Translations under genes and position numbers: made by a program
The notes under the pieces: model-generated
The model's input: the letters and a program-made list of their open reading frames with translations, nothing else
Database searches by the model: none
Told to the model about the DNA's origin: nothing
Shown here: in pieces, positions 21,482-30,362 of the stretch
How the letters are laid out: each line of letters begins with the position of its first letter
How positions within the stretch are numbered: the first letter of the stretch is position 1
Source: an uncultured Bacilli bacterium
GTDB taxonomy: Bacteria > Bacillota_I > Bacilli_A > RF39 > UBA660
Length of the DNA stretch: 64,000 bases
Assembly (NCBI GenBank): GCA_934098445.1
Contig: CAKOOW010000001.1
Coordinates: forward strand, 10,872-74,871
Reading direction: 5' to 3'

Positions 21482-21856
21482 ATGAATGATACATTTTTTC
21501 TATCTATCCTAACGGGATACGATACTCTTTTTAAAGCCTTATTAGTATTTATTGTCTTAGACTATTTAAGCGGAGTTATGCGAGCTATTTATACTAAAAA
21601 ATTAAGTAGTAAAATCGGAGCGAAAGGGATAATTAAGAAGATTGGTTATATTGTTTTAATTGTTGTGGTCGAAATTTTAGATATTTTGCTTAAAGACAAT
21701 GGTTATTTAAGAAATATTATTATCTATATGTTTATTGCTAATGAAGGAATAAGTATTTTAGAAAATTGGAGTGCTATGGGTATTAAGGTTCCAGATATTA
21801 TTAAGGATAAATTTAGTAATTTGAAAGGAGGTGATAATGATGAGCAAAATAAGTAA
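21482..21856 (+). CDS. Holin-like membrane protein (phage_holin_4 / TcdE-like family).
   Basis: 124 aa with 3 TM helices. The motifs FKALLVFIVLDYLSGV and YIVLIVVVEILD are typical of LL-H/TcdE-type holins. It overlaps the downstream peptidase gene. Confidence 0.5.
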   Translation: MNDTFFLSILTGYDTLFKALLVFIVLDYLSGVMRAIYTKKLSSKIGAKGIIKKIGYIVLIVVVEILDILLKDNGYLRNIIIYMFIANEGISILENWSAMGIKVPDIIKDKFSNLKGGDNDEQNK

Positions 21857-22385
21857 TCTAATCTTTCATAATAAGAAACATTATATAACTCAAAATTTTA
21901 GTGATAAGCATAAAGCTACTGACTATGGGACTTATCGAAAAAAGATTAAACAATATGCAATTGAAGAGGGCATTGTTACTTGGACGGGATTTATCAGTGG
22001 TGGTAAAACTGTTAAAATTAAGTATCCCAGAATAAATAAAGAGTTTTTACACTTGCATTTAGATAAAATTAGGGTTAAAAAAGGGCAAAAAGTTGATAAA
22101 AATACGGTTCTAGGAACAACGGGGATGACAGGGATGGCAACAGGTATTCACTTACATTTAAGAATAAAAGATTTAAGTACAAATAAAATACTCAATCCTG
22201 AAGAATATTCATTAGTCTATGAAGAGGATAACCATATTTATTATATTGTCAAAAAAAGAGATAATTTAACTAAGATTGCTAGGAAATATAAAATGACATG
22301 GCAAGAACTTTATCACAAAAATAAAGAGATTATAGGTTCTAACCCAAATCTCATTCGTGTTGGTCAAAAGTTACTAATTAAATGA
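21831..22385 (+). CDS. M23-family peptidoglycan endopeptidase with a C-terminal LysM domain.
   Basis: M23 motifs (HLHLD...GTTGMTGMATGIHLHLR) and LysM (YYIVKKRDNLTKIARKY...IRVGQKLLI). Confidence 0.75.
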   Translation: MIMMSKISNLIFHNKKHYITQNFSDKHKATDYGTYRKKIKQYAIEEGIVTWTGFISGGKTVKIKYPRINKEFLHLHLDKIRVKKGQKVDKNTVLGTTGMTGMATGIHLHLRIKDLSTNKILNPEEYSLVYEEDNHIYYIVKKRDNLTKIARKYKMTWQELYHKNKEIIGSNPNLIRVGQKLLIK

Positions 22386-22411
22386 CTCTTATTACTTTTT
22401 ATATAAGTCTC

Positions 22412-23173
22412 CTATCTTTTACTTTTAGTTTCCTTTTTTTCTTGTTTCTTAAATAGTTTAAAAGTTTTCTTTTCTCTGGCTGATACTTGCTTTTTATATT
22501 TTTCTAAGTGTTCTTTAAGAGAAATATTTTGATTAAATGGTAAGATAAATGAATATTTCTCTTTTGCTTTTTCTTGATGTTCACGGATAGATACTTTTAA
22601 TTCTTCTAATTTAACCGGAATATCATTTTCTTTAGCATATTTCTTAATCTTATGGTATAGGTTAGTTGAATAGACATAATCAATAACAATAACGCCAAAG
22701 AAAACGCCAAGGACAAAGGAAAAGGCTAGGTTATTAGAAAACCATTTTAGACCGTTAAGAACAGGTTTAGCAAGTAAGAAGTAATATAGAGCGGCAATTC
22801 CAGTCCAAATAGCTGAAAACAATGGACAAATTATTCCTTTGTAGTTTCCCCATTCATTGGAATAATCCCAAAGTTTTGGTCCTTTCCCATCTACAAATGA
22901 TAAACCGCCAATAAACTCAATGAGAGTCATTGTAGCGCCCATTAGTAGAATAACAACAATTGGGTGAACATTTAAGTTATGAAATATTAGGTAAATAGCG
23001 GTTAAGGCGGTTAGACCAAAACCATATATTGGTAGGTAAGGTCCAACTAAGAATCCCGGGTTTACCCATTTACCAGAAACAGCTCGTCTAAAAAACAATT
23101 CCATAATCCAACCACAAGTGCAGCCAATATAGAAAATAAACATAAAAGTTAAAAACCAATTCATTATAAACAC
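22412..23173 (-). CDS. Polytopic membrane protein, PF06541/DUF1113-like (the 'putative ABC-transporter type IV' family).
   Basis: YIGCTCGWIMEL and GPYLPIYGFG motifs; a paralog lies at 50525-51019. Confidence 0.4.
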   Translation of the reverse strand: MFIMNWFLTFMFIFYIGCTCGWIMELFFRRAVSGKWVNPGFLVGPYLPIYGFGLTALTAIYLIFHNLNVHPIVVILLMGATMTLIEFIGGLSFVDGKGPKLWDYSNEWGNYKGIICPLFSAIWTGIAALYYFLLAKPVLNGLKWFSNNLAFSFVLGVFFGVIVIDYVYSTNLYHKIKKYAKENDIPVKLEELKVSIREHQEKAKEKYSFILPFNQNISLKEHLEKYKKQVSAREKKTFKLFKKQEKKETKSKR

Positions 23174-23308
23174 TCCTTTAACTTATTTAAAGTAGAACTA
23201 TTTGTTCTCTTTTTTCTTACCTTGATTTTAGCATAGATAGGTAAAAAAAGATAGTTTAAAAGATAATGAGTTTTATTTTAAAGCATATAATTTTATAGGT
23301 GATTTTTT

Positions 23309-23731
23309 ATGTTAATAAATTATACAACGAAAGAACTAGATTTACTAGCTAGAATTATGCGAGCTGAGGCTTTAGCAGAAGGTAATCTTGGTATGTTGAT
23401 GGTTGGTAATGTTGTTGTTAACCGAGCAATTGCTAATTGTCTAACTTTTAAAGACATTCGAACTATTACCGATGCTATTTATCAAAAAAATCAGTTTAGT
23501 GGAACGAAATCTAGTTTGTTCCAAGGAAACGCGACTACTAAAGAGAAGGATTTAGCCAAAAGAGTTTTAAGAGGAGAATATTTCTACCCCGCCACTCATG
23601 CATTATGGTTTTATGCTCCTAAAACGGGAGATTCTTGTAAAAGTAAGTGGTATGATCAGGCTCTGGCCGGAAGGTATAAAAATCATTGTTTTTATAATCC
23701 GGATAAAGGAGTATGTGTAGAGTTATATTAA
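23309..23731 (+). CDS. SleB/CwlJ-like cell wall hydrolase (Hydrolase_2 domain).
   Basis: LARIMRAEALAEGNLGMLMVGNVVVNR...YQKNQFSG pattern. Confidence 0.75.
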   Translation: MLINYTTKELDLLARIMRAEALAEGNLGMLMVGNVVVNRAIANCLTFKDIRTITDAIYQKNQFSGTKSSLFQGNATTKEKDLAKRVLRGEYFYPATHALWFYAPKTGDSCKSKWYDQALAGRYKNHCFYNPDKGVCVELY

Positions 23732-23788
23732 TCCTTAAAGTCAGGAAAAATTAAACGTCTAAATAATTACTATTTAAACGTTTTTTAG

Positions 23789-25000
23789 TTAGTTACTATG
23801 AGGAATTATTAATTCTTGACCAACAGAAAGATTAGCTGTTTTTAAGTTATTCCAATTAATCAATTCACTTACCGTAGTATTATATTTTCTAGCTATCGAA
23901 TATAGGGTATCCCCTTTTTTTACCGTATAAGTTTTTTCAGTAGTATTTTGTGTAGATATAGGAATTTTTAAAGTTTGACCGATAGAAAGGTTATTGGAAG
24001 TTAGATTATTTAGAGTGGTTATGGCATTTACAGTGGTATTATATTTTCGAGCTATAGAATACAAAGTATCATCTTTCTTAACGGTATAAGTAGTAATATT
24101 AGTATTTTCTTTGGGAATTTTCTTAATTAACAAGGTTTGACCTACAGATAAGTTATCAGATTTTAAGTTATTTAAATTTTTTAGTTCTGGGACTGTTAAA
24201 TTATTTTTAGTGGCTATCGAATATAGGGTATCCCCTTTCTTAACGGTGTAATATTCATTAGGTTGATCTACTTTAGTAGCATTTATTTTTAATTTTTGAC
24301 CTATTTGTAAAAGATTAGAGGAAAGGTTATTTAGTGATTTTAAGTTGGCAACAGTTGTATTAAATTTATTAGCAATACTCCATAAGGAGTCACCTTTTTC
24401 TACCGTATAATACTCATCAGTCTTAGAAGTATAAGGTACACCGATATAGGAGGCAACAGCTTTGACAACGGCCTCGGCTAATTCTTCATAATTATTTTTT
24501 AACTGGGATACATCATCACCAGTAGAATCTAGAAAGCCATATTCTACTAGGAGAGCCTCAGTATTGGGAGTTTCTCTTATTATATAGTAATAGTCTTTAG
24601 AAGAATTACTAGGTAGACGGCGCTGGTAATATTTGCGCACATTTTGACCAGTGTTTTCAATTTCTTGGGTTATTTTCCGTGCTAAAGTATCGTTATTACG
24701 TAGAGCATAAACGATTTCAAAACCATCACCGCCACCGGCATTAATATGATTCGATAAAACGATAACATCTTTACCATCACCATAAAAACTTAAAACTTTA
24801 TTAACCCTATCAGTTGGATTTAAAGTTATATCTTCAGTTCTAGTCATTTGATTAGGGATACCTAATTCATCAAATCGTTGTTTCATATACTTAGAAATTT
24901 TCAAAGTTAAATCTTTTTCAATGATTCCATTGCCGCTAGCACCACCATCTTCCCCACCATGTCCACTATCTATCACAATCTTTTTAGACATATTCATCAC
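23789..25000 (-). CDS. N-acetylmuramoyl-L-alanine amidase (Amidase_3) with four C-terminal LysM repeats.
   Basis: IVIDSGHGGEDGGASGNG amidase_3 N-terminus, then four YTVKKGDTLYSIA...GQ.L.IP repeats. Confidence 0.85.
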   Translation of the reverse strand: MMNMSKKIVIDSGHGGEDGGASGNGIIEKDLTLKISKYMKQRFDELGIPNQMTRTEDITLNPTDRVNKVLSFYGDGKDVIVLSNHINAGGGDGFEIVYALRNNDTLARKITQEIENTGQNVRKYYQRRLPSNSSKDYYYIIRETPNTEALLVEYGFLDSTGDDVSQLKNNYEELAEAVVKAVASYIGVPYTSKTDEYYTVEKGDSLWSIANKFNTTVANLKSLNNLSSNLLQIGQKLKINATKVDQPNEYYTVKKGDTLYSIATKNNLTVPELKNLNNLKSDNLSVGQTLLIKKIPKENTNITTYTVKKDDTLYSIARKYNTTVNAITTLNNLTSNNLSIGQTLKIPISTQNTTEKTYTVKKGDTLYSIARKYNTTVSELINWNNLKTANLSVGQELIIPHSN

Positions 25001-25158
25001 CTAAAATATTGTATGTTTAAAAGAGAAAAAAGTCATTATTTTTAGAAATATTGTATAAATTTCAACTTCTATGGATACTCCATTTCCATAAATATCATAA
25101 CATGCTCTAGTATAAATTAATAATATATGGTAGGATATTTTTAGAATAGGAAGTACAT

Positions 25159-27414
25159 ATGGAGAGCAGTAATTATCTTTTTAGAGAAAAATATCTAAGG
25201 AAAGAATATATTTCTAGATATCTTGATAAGACTACAGAAGGTAAGATTAAACCAGAAGATTTTGATTTAGAGAAGTATAATGCTACAGTATTGGAAGAAA
25301 ATTATTATAAATACAAATCATATTTTGATACTATGTATAGTGGTATTGATGATAATATTAAGTTAGATGAAGAACAAATAAAAGCGATTTTAAGTGATGA
25401 AGATTATTCTCTTATTATTGCGGGTGCTGGTACTGGAAAGACAACAACGATGGCGGCCAAAGTCAAGTACTTAGTTGATATTTGTAATGTTAATCCGCAA
25501 GAAATTTTGGTTATGAGTTATACGAAGAAAGCTACGGAAGAACTAGATAAAAGAATTAGACTAGATTTTGGTATTCCTGCAAATGTTACTACTTTTCACT
25601 CACTGGGACTTATGTATATTCGTTCCATTTTCAAAGATAGAAAATGTAGTGTGGTTGATGATAACGTTAAAAACAAGATATTTTTACAATATTTAACGGA
25701 TAGATTATTTACAAAAAAGGAAAGTTTAAAAAAGTTAGTAGAAGTTTTTAGTCAGGATAATCTAGTTAGGTTTGGCGATTTTTTTAAGAAAAATTATATG
25801 AATTATAATACTTATGAGGAATTTTTTAATGCTTATAAAGAATATCGTATTTCACAGATTACGGATTTAGATAGTCATATAAAAATGCAATTAGATCATG
25901 ATTATAATCAAGAGAATATATATACTATTAAGAATGAGTTAGTTAAGTCTAAAGGAGAAGCGATGATTGCAAACTTTCTTTTTATGCATAATATTCCCTA
26001 TGACTATGAAAAAGTATATCCAGAGTTATTAGATAATAATAAACCTTATCACCCTGATTTTACTATTTATCTTGGTAGTGAAGAAATCTATATCGAATAT
26101 TTTGGGCTATCAGAAGTTGATGATGGTAAGTATAATCGTTATAAAAAGAATATGTTAGAGAAAATTAAGTATCATCGAGTTCATCATAATAAATTTATTG
26201 GTCTTGATTATAGTGAAGGACAAAACTTACTTAGTAATTTAAGAACATCATTAGAGTATTTAGGATTTAATTTAGAAAAAATAGATAATAGAGAGATAAT
26301 AAGTAAGCTTTTAGATAGACATTCTTTAGGACAAGTTTATTCTTTAAGAAACTTATATTTTAATTGTATAGAAAAGATAAAGTCATCCGTTAACAGGACT
26401 AAAGCCGAGACAATAATTAAAGATTACTTAAGTAGGCTCACTAATCAAGATGAACAAAAAACTAGTGAGATACAATATCGTTTTATTGGGGATTTTTATA
26501 AGTATTATCAGAAGTATTTATTTAGCAGTCCGAATGAATATAAATTTGATTTTCCTGATATGATTTATTATGCTAATAAGTATATTAGTAGAGCTAATGA
26601 TAAAGAATTAAATTTTAAATATTTAGTAATTGATGAGTATCAGGATATATCCCAGGATAAGTATACATTAGTGAATAATATTATTATAAAGAATCATGCA
26701 AAGATTGTAGCAGTCGGAGATGATTGGCAGTCTATTTATGCGTTTAATGGGTCAAAGATAGGATATATTTATAATTTTCAGAAGTATTTTCCTTATGCTA
26801 AGATATTATATATTTCAAGGACTTATCGTAATAGTAAAGAACTTATTCGTTATAGTGGTGAGTTTGTAATGAAAAATCCTATGCAAATTAAGAAAGACCT
26901 AATTTCAGCCAAAAGTATTGAAAATCCAATTAGATTTATAGGATTTGATGATGAAGTTAATAAGGTCAAGGAGTTAATAATTAATATTTATTTAAAACAT
27001 CCAGATTATAAAGTCTTAATTTTAGCAAGAAAGAATAAAAATATTAAGGAACTGTTTAATGATGAGAATTTTAGAGATAGTGTTGGTACTAAAGTTACTT
27101 TAGCAGGATTTGAAGATATTAAAATAGATGCGATGAGTATTCATAAGTCTAAGGGTCTTACCTATGATGAAGTTATTATTATTGGTTTAGATAGAGATTT
27201 TCCGATTGGAAATAGAAGTGATTTTTGGATAGAGGAATTATTTAGGCCAAAAGATAATGAAGAAAGGTATGCCTATGCGGAGGAGCGAAGAGTCTTTTAT
27301 GTTGCTCTTACTAGAACTAAAAATCATGTGTTTTTACTGGTTAATAATGATTCTTCTTTAAGAAGTCCGTTTATTGAGGAATTATATCAAATTATAAGAA
27401 AAGAGTCTAAGTAA
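25159..27414 (+). CDS. UvrD/PcrA-like SF1 DNA helicase carrying an inserted Vsr/DUF559- or NERD-like PD-(D/E)xK module.
   Basis: Helicase motifs AGAGTGKTTT (I), VIDEYQDIS (II), AVGDDWQSIYAFNGS (III), RTYRNS (IV), IHKSKGLTYD (V) and VALTRTK (VI). The insert at aa 255-320, GEAMIANFLFMHNIPYDYEKVY...HPDFTIY...EIYIEYFG, resembles the Vsr-like endonuclease fold. Confidence 0.7.
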   Translation: MESSNYLFREKYLRKEYISRYLDKTTEGKIKPEDFDLEKYNATVLEENYYKYKSYFDTMYSGIDDNIKLDEEQIKAILSDEDYSLIIAGAGTGKTTTMAAKVKYLVDICNVNPQEILVMSYTKKATEELDKRIRLDFGIPANVTTFHSLGLMYIRSIFKDRKCSVVDDNVKNKIFLQYLTDRLFTKKESLKKLVEVFSQDNLVRFGDFFKKNYMNYNTYEEFFNAYKEYRISQITDLDSHIKMQLDHDYNQENIYTIKNELVKSKGEAMIANFLFMHNIPYDYEKVYPELLDNNKPYHPDFTIYLGSEEIYIEYFGLSEVDDGKYNRYKKNMLEKIKYHRVHHNKFIGLDYSEGQNLLSNLRTSLEYLGFNLEKIDNREIISKLLDRHSLGQVYSLRNLYFNCIEKIKSSVNRTKAETIIKDYLSRLTNQDEQKTSEIQYRFIGDFYKYYQKYLFSSPNEYKFDFPDMIYYANKYISRANDKELNFKYLVIDEYQDISQDKYTLVNNIIIKNHAKIVAVGDDWQSIYAFNGSKIGYIYNFQKYFPYAKILYISRTYRNSKELIRYSGEFVMKNPMQIKKDLISAKSIENPIRFIGFDDEVNKVKELIINIYLKHPDYKVLILARKNKNIKELFNDENFRDSVGTKVTLAGFEDIKIDAMSIHKSKGLTYDEVIIIGLDRDFPIGNRSDFWIEELFRPKDNEERYAYAEERRVFYVALTRTKNHVFLLVNNDSSLRSPFIEELYQIIRKESK

Positions 27415-27444
27415 AGAATGAATAATTTCTACTTAGACTTTTTT
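27405..27444 (+). terminator. Rho-independent terminator after the helicase gene.
   Basis: GTCTAAGTA - 16-nt loop - TACTTAGAC, followed by TTTTTT. Confidence 0.55.
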
Positions 27445-27565
27445 AATTCTTATAGTTAACTTTATAGTCAAGCAATTTGCTAACTCCATAACGATTATAT
27501 TCTAAAGTTTTCACCATGTTTTTATAACCTAATATGTCTTAATATAAGGTAATAAAAGACATTAT

Positions 27566-29197
27566 TTACAAAGATTGCTTAGAACTTTCTTTTATAGTAT
27601 TGTCCTCTAAAAAATATTTTTGACCATTCATATATGGTTTTAGCAGCCAAGGGCTTTTTTGAAAAAGTCTTTTTATGGTATCTTGGTCACTTTTAGGAAT
27701 ATAAAGATATTCTAGTTTTCTATTATCCCGAAGAAAACCGAAGTAACGCATTGAATTTCCATTGTCATTAAGACTTAGATTAGGAAAGTAACCTTTTTCG
27801 AGAGTGGTATTTCTTAAAAGAAAATAATTACTAACATCTTGTAATTCAGGAACATTTAATTCTTTTAAGTTATCTCCTTCGGCAATAAAAGCTTTTCCAA
27901 TATAATTTAATTTTGGAAGGTTGAGACTTTCTAATGATGTATTATTACATAAAAAATCGTTACCTATTTGTTTTAATTCTGGGGCATTAAAATGAGTAAG
28001 AACTTTATTATGAGCTAGAAATGAGTCCCCTATATATTGAACATTGGGAAGATTAATAAACGGTAATTTCTCATTAAGTATCAAGAAATCGTTACCAATT
28101 TCCTTAACATTAGGTATATTTATTTGACTTAAGCCGACATTAGTTCTTAAGAAGTTTTTACCAATGCTTTTTATATCAGCATTGGAAAAGCTAATAATAT
28201 TGCCACCTTGGTCAACTATAACTTCAATTGATGGATAAAGCGCTGTTACAAGTTTAATTAATCTTTCATTGGGAGAAATTTTAGTAACAGTTACTTCTTT
28301 GATGTCACCTAGCATTTCATCAAATGCCCCAGCAAATTTAGGAAGAAGATTAATTATTTTTTTAGTGGATAAATCTAAAACATAAGTGTCCATTAATATA
28401 TAACGTTCTTTTTCTAAAGCATAAGTGGCATCAATTTGATGATTTCTAATAATATAGTTATTTTCACAAAAGTAAATATTATTATTTTCAATATTATAAT
28501 GATAATATCTACGATCATTTCCTCTCACAAAATTATCTAATTCTAAGACATTAAAAGCATTGGAGTTAATATTCAGATTATAGGTAGTCTCAAAAGCATG
28601 AGTAAGACCAGAGATAATATTGTCTAAATTATTGTAAAAAGTATTATCAGGATTATTAACACTATGATTATATCTATTTTTTATAGATAAAGTATTAGCT
28701 TTATCACGGGAAAACTGGATACTAATAACGCTGGTGCCATACTCATCTTCACGTTGTGGTTTATTAAAGTTTTCTCTCTTAATTTCATCAACATTATCTT
28801 TAACGGCAAAAAAGACATAATGAGTATTTAAGCGGCCGCCATCAAAAGTACATAATTTTTCTTTTGGAGCATAATATTTCTTAAATTCTTGAATTTCTTC
28901 CTCGGTATGGCATTCATATAAAGTATAACCCGCCATTTTCATAAGCTCTTCAGCACTCTTATTTACCGTTATTATCTCAGATTCAACGTCGATAAAACTA
29001 TAAATAAAGTTTTTAAAATTACATTCTTTATTTTGAGATTTTATTTCTGCGGCTAAAAATTTAGTTGGAGCGAAATGCTCTTCTAAGATACTTAGAAGTA
29101 AACCTTCGTGTTCTAGGATAGTAGGAAAGAGGCTACGACATAAGTGCATTGTTTCTTCACCGTAGATTTTTTTTATTTTCTTTAATTCACTATTCAT
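27566..29197 (-). CDS. BspA-type leucine-rich repeat (LRR_5) protein with an N-terminal domain of unknown function and no signal peptide.
   Basis: The C-terminal half carries repeated I(G)NDFL....L..INLPNV..IG segments about 22-23 aa long, the BspA/TpLRR pattern. The N-terminus is hydrophilic. Confidence 0.55.
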   Translation of the reverse strand: MNSELKKIKKIYGEETMHLCRSLFPTILEHEGLLLSILEEHFAPTKFLAAEIKSQNKECNFKNFIYSFIDVESEIITVNKSAEELMKMAGYTLYECHTEEEIQEFKKYYAPKEKLCTFDGGRLNTHYVFFAVKDNVDEIKRENFNKPQREDEYGTSVISIQFSRDKANTLSIKNRYNHSVNNPDNTFYNNLDNIISGLTHAFETTYNLNINSNAFNVLELDNFVRGNDRRYYHYNIENNNIYFCENNYIIRNHQIDATYALEKERYILMDTYVLDLSTKKIINLLPKFAGAFDEMLGDIKEVTVTKISPNERLIKLVTALYPSIEVIVDQGGNIISFSNADIKSIGKNFLRTNVGLSQINIPNVKEIGNDFLILNEKLPFINLPNVQYIGDSFLAHNKVLTHFNAPELKQIGNDFLCNNTSLESLNLPKLNYIGKAFIAEGDNLKELNVPELQDVSNYFLLRNTTLEKGYFPNLSLNDNGNSMRYFGFLRDNRKLEYLYIPKSDQDTIKRLFQKSPWLLKPYMNGQKYFLEDNTIKESSKQSL

Positions 29198-29207
29198 TTA
29201 AAAACTC

Positions 29208-29483
29208 CTATCCATAGTATCTTTGTAAATAATATTCATAGTCTTGACCAACTATTTTGATAATATCATCTTTAATATCTTTTTTCTTAGCATATACGCC
29301 CCCGATAAGACCAAAAGTATAATCACCAAGTTCAACTACTAAATTATCTGGCATATAAAGGTAATCACCAACTTTTGGTTTCTTCTCGATACCTTTAAAG
29401 TTCAAGTGCATACGATATTCTTTTTGATCATTTTCTAAAATATAAGCATATGGTTCGATTGATTTTATACTTAATTTAATCAT
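29208..29483 (-). CDS. Small hypothetical protein (possibly DUF3006-like).
   Basis: 91 aa, 10 nt upstream of the LRR gene on the same strand. Confidence 0.25.
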   Translation of the reverse strand: MIKLSIKSIEPYAYILENDQKEYRMHLNFKGIEKKPKVGDYLYMPDNLVVELGDYTFGLIGGVYAKKKDIKDDIIKIVGQDYEYYLQRYYG

Positions 29484-29551
29484 TTTTCTAGTCTCCTTAT
29501 ATTAAAATTTTAACAGTTTTAGAGTATTTAGTAAATATTTAAGTAATTTCT

Positions 29552-30247
29552 TTACTCATTCTTGGCAGTTAAAATTGTATACATAATATCTGCTATCTTA
29601 GAGCAAGCACTAGGTAGAAATTCATCATAAGTAATACGATTATTATTATTTGGACAGTCAGATATGCTTCTTAACACTAGGCAAGGAACTTGACATAAGA
29701 AGCATACTTGGCCGATTGCAGCTCCTTCCATTTCTACACATAGGGCGTGAAATTTCTGGTTGATTTTAGTAGCCATATCTTTAGATGTACAAAATATATC
29801 TCCTGATGCAATTATTCCTAGTTTATAAGAAAGATTTTTTTGTTCTAATACTCTTTGGGTGTTGATAACTAAAGAGTTATCAACAGGTATAGTATCACCA
29901 ACATTAGGAATATAACCTTTTTTATGATTAAACGCCGTAATATCAAAATCATGTTGAACTAAAGAAGTTGAAATTACAACATCACCAACTGCTAGGGATT
30001 CATCAATGCCCCCGGCCACCCCAATATTATAAATAATATCAGGATGATAATTATCAATTAATATTTGAGTAGTGCGACCAGCATTTACTTTGCCAACTCC
30101 ACTTTCTACTAAGACTATTCTTTGATTATTTAATTCTGATTCATAGAATATTAACTCATAAATTTCATTTACTCTTTGAAGAGGTAGATACTTTTTCAAA
30201 GCACTTAATTCCTCATTCATCGCAAAAATTATACCAATTGTTTTCAT
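29552..30247 (-). CDS. mtnN: 5'-methylthioadenosine/S-adenosylhomocysteine nucleosidase.
   Basis: GIIFAMNEE, VESGVGKVNAG and VEMEGAAIGQV motifs of the PNP_UDP_1 / Pfs family. Confidence 0.85.
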   Translation of the reverse strand: MKTIGIIFAMNEELSALKKYLPLQRVNEIYELIFYESELNNQRIVLVESGVGKVNAGRTTQILIDNYHPDIIYNIGVAGGIDESLAVGDVVISTSLVQHDFDITAFNHKKGYIPNVGDTIPVDNSLVINTQRVLEQKNLSYKLGIIASGDIFCTSKDMATKINQKFHALCVEMEGAAIGQVCFLCQVPCLVLRSISDCPNNNNRITYDEFLPSACSKIADIMYTILTAKNE

Positions 30248-30362
30248 ATTTCATTCTCCTAAACTTTGCCTTTTAATTAGTATTTAAAAGTGTCTTGATT
30301 ATACAATATTTATTGAAAAATAAAAAGCCCTAAAAGGAAACTTTTTAAGAGCTTTCTAGTCT

